IMG/VR virus record: IMGVR_UViG_3300021964_006878 | Location: 1 to 64,000 of that record | Strand: one strand, 5' to 3' | Length of the DNA stretch: 64,000 bases | Source of the DNA: a virus | Shown: piece by piece, positions 58,082 through 64,000 of the stretch | Layout: the number at the start of each line of letters is the position of its first letter | Position numbering within the stretch: position 1 is the stretch's first letter | The notes under the pieces: generated by a model | The model's input: only the letters and a program-made list of their open reading frames with translations | Database searches by the model: none | Told to the model about the DNA's origin: nothing | Position numbers and translations under genes: made by a program

Positions 58082-58207
58082 TTATTGGATTGGGTTTTGT
58101 GCTGGTATCAACATACCACCATCAAAATGGTCATCGTCATCAACATCTTCTGTAAGCACTGAATGAATTATAAAAGCACCCAACATAAAGGTTGCTAATA
58201 ACATCAT
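58082..58207 (-). CDS. Small membrane peptide (41 aa)
   Basis: MMLLATFMLGAFII...DDDDHFDGGMLIPA; TGATG-coupled to hli. Confidence 0.6.
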   Translation of the reverse strand: MMLLATFMLGAFIIHSVLTEDVDDDDHFDGGMLIPAQNPIQ

Positions 58208-58314
58208 CAAAATATGCCCGGAATCAATTGACCTGTGGTTGCATATGCTCCGATTGCTGCAATGACTCCAATCATTGCTGCCCAACCGTTAATACGTTCT
58301 GCTCTTTCGTTCAT
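58207..58314 (-). CDS. hli: High-light-inducible protein (35 aa)
   Basis: MNERAERINGWAAMIGVIAAIGAYATTGQLIPGIF. Confidence 0.93.
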   Translation of the reverse strand: MNERAERINGWAAMIGVIAAIGAYATTGQLIPGIF

Positions 58315-58547
58315 GAGTTTTCTCCTAGTTTAAGATAAAATTGAGTTTGGTCTTTTGGTAACTTTGGTGAAGGATCATAGATCGAACTATCACCATATGT
58401 TTTGTGGTCTTTATATCCAACCATACGTCCTTTCGTATTTTGGATTGCTCCCATCATAGCAATAATCAGGAAGATTGCAGGCGGTCCTATAATAAGGGCA
58501 CCACCAATTACATAATAAGTAAGGAGTTCAGCAATAGAAGTTTCCAT
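58311..58547 (-). CDS. Small membrane protein
   Basis: TM segment; GYKDHKTYGDSS. Confidence 0.65.
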   Translation of the reverse strand: METSIAELLTYYVIGGALIIGPPAIFLIIAMMGAIQNTKGRMVGYKDHKTYGDSSIYDPSPKLPKDQTQFYLKLGENS

Positions 58548-58633
58548 CAATAAGTTTCAGATAAGTTTTCAATAGAGAAGCAAAGTAAGACAAGAAATGC
58601 AATGCTTGTCATGGTAAAAACAAATTCAATCAT
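58547..58633 (-). CDS. Tiny TM peptide (28 aa)
   Basis: MIEFVFTMTSIAFLVLLCFSIENLSETY; TGATG-coupled at both ends. Confidence 0.6.
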   Translation of the reverse strand: MIEFVFTMTSIAFLVLLCFSIENLSETY

Positions 58634-58851
58634 CAGAATCCGAAGACACCAAAGAAAAATACGCTACCACTGAAAGTATAAGAGACAACAGCAGCAACAA
58701 ATCCAAGCATAGCAGTACGTCCATTCAACTTCTCAGCTCTCTCTGCATATGTCTCAAGACCATAACGTTCTGCATCAGTCTCAGAGATATACATTCTAGG
58801 TTCTGTGGCATACATGTTTGTGCGCCCACCGTCTTCAGTTGTTACAGTCAT
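58633..58851 (-). CDS. hli: High-light-inducible protein (72 aa)
   Basis: NMYATEP...AEKLNGRTAMLGFVAA. Confidence 0.93.
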   Translation of the reverse strand: MTVTTEDGGRTNMYATEPRMYISETDAERYGLETYAERAEKLNGRTAMLGFVAAVVSYTFSGSVFFFGVFGF

Positions 58852-59011
58852 GTTACACTCCGTAATGTTTCTTTACATATTATATAGGAAACATAAAAAT
58901 TTGTCAAGCAGTCTGAGTGACGGTATCTTGCGGAACATATATTTCTCATAAAACTCTAATAAAAATCACATCTTTCTAAATACATATACATACCTCCTTC
59001 GGAAAAAAAAT

Positions 59012-59506
59012 ATGAAAAGGTTATTGCCTTTCATAATGTTATTGATGACCGCACCAGCAGCAAATGCAGGCGGACTTGTATCAAAAATGTCTTCTAGTGT
59101 TCAACTAACTGTTGAATCTGCTAGATCAACTGCTGTAAGAGTTGGTAATTCTTATAGTATTTCAGGTAGTGGTATTAATACTACTGATGGCACCACAGCA
59201 GGAACTGTTTCTGCTGGCACTATTACTAGTGGCATCTATTCTCCTGGAACTATCTCAGCAACTCAGGCAACTGATGGTAATGCTTTCACATATAGCACCT
59301 CGTTTACTCAAGGTGATGATATCCCAAGTGCTGCTCCTACTGTAGGAGATGTCCCTAACTTCAGTAATGTAACTTCTTACACTGCTGGTGTTGCTGGATC
59401 TTTGGCTGGTACTGTAGCGACTACAGGTGCTCTAACGGTGACGGCTGGTGGTGCTGGTACTACTGCAACTGGACAATTCGTTTCTGAGATTACTGTTATC
59501 GACTGA
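59012..59506 (+). CDS. Secreted beta-rich hypothetical protein (164 aa)
   Basis: Signal peptide MKRLLPFIMLLMTAPAANA; T/S/G-rich. Confidence 0.75.
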   Translation: MKRLLPFIMLLMTAPAANAGGLVSKMSSSVQLTVESARSTAVRVGNSYSISGSGINTTDGTTAGTVSAGTITSGIYSPGTISATQATDGNAFTYSTSFTQGDDIPSAAPTVGDVPNFSNVTSYTAGVAGSLAGTVATTGALTVTAGGAGTTATGQFVSEITVID

Positions 59507-59517
59507 GGAGGAACGCA

Positions 59518-59955
59518 ATGAATACTATGATTCGTTGGTCTGTCCTAAGTGCGGTGGGTGTAAGTGTCACACTTGCTCCTGCCCTGTCGGTCCCCGTGGT
59601 CCCAAACTTCACACAGGGATCAATGACGAGCAGAACGGAAACAACTCAGAAGATAACTGAGACAATAAATAGCATGGATTATAACACTGGGTATCAGTAT
59701 TCTGCTACTGGTTCTGGTGTCACAGCATCTGGAAACCTTTCACCAGGAACAGGTGCTACAAATGTAACTATTAATGGAGTGACTTCATCATGGACTGGAG
59801 TAACAAGCAAACCGCAATTCACACAAACAGTACCAGGAGCAGCGTTTCAGTTCACAGAAACTTATCGAGGACCTGGTTTAAGCAACCAAACGATTATCCA
59901 AAGAGAAACCGAGGTTACAAGCATAACTGAAACAACCTCAATTTTTAGTCAGTGA
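59518..59955 (+). CDS. Secreted hypothetical protein (145 aa)
   Basis: Signal-like N-terminus; VPVVPNFTQGSMTS...TSIFSQ. Confidence 0.75.
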   Translation: MNTMIRWSVLSAVGVSVTLAPALSVPVVPNFTQGSMTSRTETTQKITETINSMDYNTGYQYSATGSGVTASGNLSPGTGATNVTINGVTSSWTGVTSKPQFTQTVPGAAFQFTETYRGPGLSNQTIIQRETEVTSITETTSIFSQ

Positions 59956-60471
59956 TTTCAGTGCCTCATAGAGCATTCCAATTTCCTCTATGGTGGCATT
60001 ATTCTTTATACGATTAGCACGAGCAGAAATGATCCAAACATTATCTTTTGTATAACCTTTGGTGCTATCAATCCTATCAACAGAAGGAGAACAATCTTGA
60101 TGAGTGTCTGATCCTGGTTGTAATTTAATACCAAGCACAGGACAAAACTCTGGGATTACAATATCATCCAGAACCAAACTACATTCTTCACCTCTTCTTC
60201 TGGCATTACGACGAGCATAGTTTAGCAGTCGTGTTTCATTCTTTTTAGTAGGATTAGCTCTGGGATGTGTGTAACCTGCTGACTTTCTACACCCACAACT
60301 TACTACTGGTTTCCTACCTCTAAATATATCAGAACTAATAAGTTTTTCATTATTACACTCGGAACACTTACACCAGTAAGTTCCTCTCTTATTTTTCTTG
60401 GTTGCCTCTTCATCCTTACGAATAACAAGAAGAGCACCAAATGTTTGTCCCGACAAATCTACTACTTTCAT
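59938..60471 (-). mobile_element. Free-standing HNH-like homing endonuclease inserted antisense in a + strand operon
   Basis: DLSGQTFG.L.V...WCKC...SCGC; CPVLGI...PSVDRIDSTKGYTKDNVWIISARANRIKNN; TATAAATA at 60503-60510. Confidence 0.87.
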
Positions 60472-60486
60472 TATTGTGATAACATT

Positions 60487-61290
60487 ATGTCTTTACTAAA
60501 ACTATTTATACACAATAGATATTCTAAATCACTTCTCGCAGTAACTTTATTATTTGCTAATCCTTCTTATGCTGAAACCGTTGGTGGTGTGTCTGCTACT
60601 GCTAATCCTGTTGCTAATTCCTCAGGTAGTGTTACAAACCAAGCTATTCAGGTCCTTCAGGGACCTTACATTACGAACACCTACGGTGGAGGTATACAAT
60701 GCCAAGGTCCCACTCGCAATTTCACTCCGTATGTAACAGGAAGTGTTTCTGCTGCTAAACCTTTTCAAGGTTATTATAATGACCCAGTATATGATGTCAC
60801 CGATAATTTTGGTGCCTTCGATTCTGACGGGAATCCAACTGGAGATGGTATCTTAGATAATCCTGGTGATGTAAGTTTCTTTAAAAGAACTAGAACAGGA
60901 CAGAAAGATAACTATAGTTTAGGTGTAGGGTTCTCTATGACATGGAGCACACCTACGGATAAAAACTTACAAGACCTGTGTAAGAAAGCAGCAACTACAC
61001 AGATTGAATTGAACAGTCAAATTGTTGCCAATAAAAGATTGGACTTTGAGATAGCCAGACTTAAAAATTGTGGGGAGTTGAAGTTAAAAGGAATTCAATT
61101 CCATCCTAAGAGTCCTTACTATTCTGTGTGTGCTGATGTATTGGTAAACAATCCACCAGGACATAATCATCCACACTACCATGAGATTCCTAGCGTTTCT
61201 TCTTCTTCCTCGGGAAGACAGAACGTAATGCCTTCACTGCATGATTCATCTGACGCTGCTCTGCTCGGCGCTCCCCTGACGACAAGATAG
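60487..61290 (+). CDS. Secreted/membrane hypothetical protein with conserved Cys
   Basis: ETVGGVSATANPVANSSGSVTNQAIQVLQGPY...RLDFEIARLKNCGEL; start probably displaced by the HEG. Confidence 0.75.
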   Translation: MSLLKLFIHNRYSKSLLAVTLLFANPSYAETVGGVSATANPVANSSGSVTNQAIQVLQGPYITNTYGGGIQCQGPTRNFTPYVTGSVSAAKPFQGYYNDPVYDVTDNFGAFDSDGNPTGDGILDNPGDVSFFKRTRTGQKDNYSLGVGFSMTWSTPTDKNLQDLCKKAATTQIELNSQIVANKRLDFEIARLKNCGELKLKGIQFHPKSPYYSVCADVLVNNPPGHNHPHYHEIPSVSSSSSGRQNVMPSLHDSSDAALLGAPLTTR

Positions 61291-61990
61291 GAGGTTTCTT
61301 ACCACGTAAGGTAGCAATCTTCTTCATAACTTTCTTAACCGTTGGTTTGACTGACTTTAGTAAGATGTCTGCCAACGGTTTTGCTAATAGTGCTGATGAT
61401 GTAGCGATGACAGCAATACCACCCACCTGCATCACTTGTCCACCACTAGGTAGACCAGCAAGTATTTGTGTAGGTAGAGGAACTGGTTCTGTTATCTGAA
61501 CACATGTCTTATCAATGAGTTTATAACCAGTAACTTTCTTTCTAAATCCTTCTACTAATGTCCCTACAGGTTCTTGTGCCTGTTGTACTTTAGTAGGACA
61601 TTCTACTACAGCACTAACAACAGGTTGTTTTGTTTGTGGTGGTTTAACTTCAGGTGGTGTTGGTTTGTCAGGAGATCTAGTATCCACTTTTGGTGGACCA
61701 GTCAGTATCATCTGGTTTGGTTCATAAGAAATAGGATTAAAACTGGGATAACCAGAATCGCAATACGTAACCACACCATTGGGATCGTCCTCTCTTAGTT
61801 GATTATTTTTAGCACTATTAGTTTCAGTCGCCTCAACACATCCTGGAATGTTAACCACAGGCACACCAATATTTACAACTACTGGTGGTGCTGTAGGAAC
61901 TACTGGTGTTGTATATTGATATGTTTGAATATCATTGATACCAATATTATTAATATCGATATCCATTCCAGTAATCAAAGGTATATCCAT
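61190..61990 (-). CDS. Conserved membrane-anchored hypothetical protein (266 aa)
   Basis: IGVPVVNIPGCVEA...TM...basic tail; ~100-nt convergent overlap with the + strand gene. Confidence 0.75.
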   Translation of the reverse strand: MDIPLITGMDIDINNIGINDIQTYQYTTPVVPTAPPVVVNIGVPVVNIPGCVEATETNSAKNNQLREDDPNGVVTYCDSGYPSFNPISYEPNQMILTGPPKVDTRSPDKPTPPEVKPPQTKQPVVSAVVECPTKVQQAQEPVGTLVEGFRKKVTGYKLIDKTCVQITEPVPLPTQILAGLPSGGQVMQVGGIAVIATSSALLAKPLADILLKSVKPTVKKVMKKIATLRGKKPPILSSGERRAEQRQMNHAVKALRSVFPRKKKKR

Positions 61991-62000
61991 CAGTCGATAA

Positions 62001-62174
62001 TCATAATATATTACTGCCTCTAGAAGGAATTAATTGATATGCCATCTTATCTCTCAACTTATTTACACGTTCTTCATTATATTGTTTAAAGTTACCTCTC
62101 TTCTCCACTTTCTTATAGTAGTGTAGTGCATTGAGAATAATTGCATAATCCTCCATTGTTAATTCAAAATTCAT
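62001..62174 (-). CDS. Small hypothetical protein (57 aa)
   Basis: MNFELTMEDYAIILNALHYYKKV... Confidence 0.65.
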   Translation of the reverse strand: MNFELTMEDYAIILNALHYYKKVEKRGNFKQYNEERVNKLRDKMAYQLIPSRGSNIL

Positions 62175-62431
62175 AGTCCAGGAATAACACTGTTAGTTGT
62201 AGTTGGCATGGTAGGAATAACACCACCAGTAGCATCAGGTAATTCTGGCATTGCTGCATCCATCATTCCGGGAAGAGCACCAGTAATTGCTTCTGCAGCT
62301 GCAGCAGCAACTTGAGATTTGATATTCTCAACAATGGAATCTTTATTGAGATAAACAAAAGTGCCTGCGCCAACGATGGCAGCAGACACAGAAAAAGACG
62401 TGATAGCTAATACATTAATTACTTTTTGCAT
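62171..62431 (-). CDS. Conserved membrane protein (86 aa)
   Basis: MQKVINVLAITSF...YLNKDSIVE. Confidence 0.7.
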   Translation of the reverse strand: MQKVINVLAITSFSVSAAIVGAGTFVYLNKDSIVENIKSQVAAAAAEAITGALPGMMDAAMPELPDATGGVIPTMPTTTNSVIPGL

Positions 62432-62462
62432 GACTAGTTCTTAACTAGAAGTATATATCACT

Positions 62463-62759
62463 TTAATAGAGTTCTTCCTCCACTTCTGCCTGAATAACGC
62501 AATCACTAGTAGGATATGACACACAAAGAAGTGCGAATCCTGCTTCAAGTTGATCATCGTCAAGGAAAGATTGATCTTCCTGATTTACCGTTCCTTCCAA
62601 CACTTTACCAGCACAAGTAGAACATGCGCCAGCACGACAGGAGTATGGAAGTTCTAAACCTGCTTCATCTGCTGCATCTAGGATATAAACATCGTCGTCA
62701 CAAGAGACTACATTCTCAGTTCCATCAGAGGAACGAACTGTTACGTTATAAGTTGCCAT
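62463..62759 (-). CDS. petF: [2Fe-2S] ferredoxin
   Basis: [16 protein letters not shown]...LLCVSYP. Confidence 0.97.
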   Translation of the reverse strand: MATYNVTVRSSDGTENVVSCDDDVYILDAADEAGLELPYSCRAGACSTCAGKVLEGTVNQEDQSFLDDDQLEAGFALLCVSYPTSDCVIQAEVEEELY

Positions 62760-62766
62760 TGTTCTT

Positions 62767-63090
62767 TTAATTTACGTGAATTGTACCGGTCATACCAGCA
62801 CCTTGGTGTGGACCACAGAAAAACTCATAGTCTCCTGCATCCGCAAAAGTGATGTCTTGTGATTCTCCTGGAGAAAACATAAGTGATTCTCGTGAGAGAT
62901 CAGCACGACCCTCAACAATAATATTGTGAGGAGGCAACATACCATTTATAAAATGTATAGTTTCGCCTGCGTCAATTGTAACATCAGATGGATCAAAAAT
63001 CAAGTTTCCACCTGAACCCATTGTGATATCTACTGCCCATGCTGGAGCAGCAAGAAATAGTGTAGCAAAAAATGCAAATAATACTTTCAT
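62767..63090 (-). CDS. petE: Plastocyanin
   Basis: PPHN...[13 protein letters not shown]; signal peptide. Confidence 0.95.
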   Translation of the reverse strand: MKVLFAFFATLFLAAPAWAVDITMGSGGNLIFDPSDVTIDAGETIHFINGMLPPHNIIVEGRADLSRESLMFSPGESQDITFADAGDYEFFCGPHQGAGMTGTIHVN

Positions 63091-63091
63091 T

Positions 63092-63295
63092 TTAATCCTC
63101 CAAATACTTTTCGATTACTTCGATACGTTCTTCTTCTTTTGCAATTGCATCAATCTGATCTTGAATTGCACCAAGAACGTCAGGATGCTCACCAATACCT
63201 ACAGGATTTGTAAGGTATATCTCAATATTCATTTTTGCTTTTTTAATACTCCCAACAGACAGTGCCTTGAGAGCGTCTAACATTTCTCTTCTCAT
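63092..63295 (-). CDS. Conserved cyanophage hypothetical protein
   Basis: NIEIYLTNPVGIGEHPDVLGAIQ. Confidence 0.75.
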   Translation of the reverse strand: MRREMLDALKALSVGSIKKAKMNIEIYLTNPVGIGEHPDVLGAIQDQIDAIAKEEERIEVIEKYLED

Positions 63296-63297
63296 AA

Positions 63298-63385
63298 TTA
63301 GTCTACCAATGTTCCGTGTGCTCTACGAATCTCTCACAATGCTTCGAGATTCATATCTTTTGTTCCCCCATCGTATTGGACCCAT
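63298..63385 (-). pseudogene. C-terminal remnant of a thermonuclease-like gene
   Basis: Startless frame QYDGGTKDMNLEAL*EIRRAHGTLVD* with an internal TGA. Confidence 0.55.
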
Positions 63386-63521
63386 CATCCAATTCGCTAA
63401 ATGCAATTTTCATTATATAGAAGATATATCCCCCAACTCCGCCAAGTAATATAAGTAATGAAATAATAACACTCCAAACAGGATCACTAACATTCTCCAG
63501 AGGTCTCAGTAATAAATTCAT
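63351..63521 (-). CDS. Small membrane protein (56 aa)
   Basis: MNLLLRPLENVSDPVWSVIISLLILLGGVGGYIFYIMK... Confidence 0.65.
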   Translation of the reverse strand: MNLLLRPLENVSDPVWSVIISLLILLGGVGGYIFYIMKIAFSELDDGSNTMGEQKI

Positions 63522-63553
63522 ATATTATATAATTGGGTTCAAATATATCTATA

Positions 63554-64000
63554 TTATTCTCCTTCACAATCTAGTTGCATTGTGGCGATTTCCGCACCTA
63601 CATCTGCGCCAGTATCTTGACCTAACATTACTGCCCAACCAGATATCAACCAACCAACATATGGGATACCCGTGAAGATAGGAGCAATGCCTGATGCAAC
63701 ACTAGCACCTACCATTCTTCCGGTTGATTCTCCAGCGCCCTCCGCTTTGATGCATGCCAGGTTTTGAGCAGTCAACTTTCCCTCAGCACCTCCTAGATGC
63801 CTTACCCCATCCATTGTATATTCTTCTTCAGTTACAATTACTGAGTTACCACCAATACCAAACAACCCATTGTTCTTATTAATATTTCTCCTAACTCCCA
63901 TGACCTTGGGATCATTGGAACTATATTCTATACTGTATCCGTCTTTACCTGCTTCTACACTATATGAGGTATAGTCACCCACAGGTAAATTTATGATAGG
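63554..64000 (-). CDS. Conserved cyanophage protein with C-terminal glycine-zipper-like segment (5' end outside the window)
   Basis: YSSNDPKVM...CIKAEGAGESTGRMVGAS...IPYVGW; frame appears open to the window edge. Confidence 0.7.
   Translation of the reverse strand, partial: PIINLPVGDYTSYSVEAGKDGYSIEYSSNDPKVMGVRRNINKNNGLFGIGGNSVIVTEEEYTMDGVRHLGGAEGKLTAQNLACIKAEGAGESTGRMVGASVASGIAPIFTGIPYVGWLISGWAVMLGQDTGADVGAEIATMQLDCEGE

Noticed and set aside
63421-63440. Frameshift at the G5 run in ORF 63351-63521
   Set aside because: On recounting, the frame is intact

Overview
A 64-kb segment of a T4-like marine cyanomyophage (Kyanoviridae-type; AT-rich; Synechococcus host likely). About 1-23 kb encodes large virion/fibre-like proteins: a PA14-domain protein, a plant-type LRR protein, two paralogous 1.2-kaa proteins and a 2310-aa beta-helix protein. 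About 23.3-24.5 kb holds tRNA-Leu(UAA) and small early genes. About 24.5-40.7 kb is the baseplate/tail module (gp5, cp12, gp51, gp26, gp4, gp2, gp48, gp53). About 40.7-46 kb has replication/transcription genes (gp32, gp59, gp33, exonuclease, phoH, thyX). About 46-64 kb is rich in auxiliary metabolic genes (nrdC, talC, purM/C/S, psbD, psbA, two hli, petF, petE). Four free-standing HNH homing endonucleases lie between 44.8 and 60.5 kb. The best candidate for a new system is at 47173-47759 (minus strand). There a consensus sigma70 promoter drives two glnA-type glutamine aptamers that appear interlocked through a shared P3 helix, a complete 55-codon ORF sits inside the second aptamer's P2, and a DUF4278 (GS-inactivating-factor-like) gene follows. 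Other notable observations: homing endonucleases that replace the 3' tail of the gene they invade (thyX, psbD, the 59518 ORF), an unusually divergent D2 C-terminus, a small structured RNA right after the tRNA, and an ~80-bp dispersed A-tract/palindrome element present twice. All calls come from reading the sequence and recalled family motifs; no searches were run.
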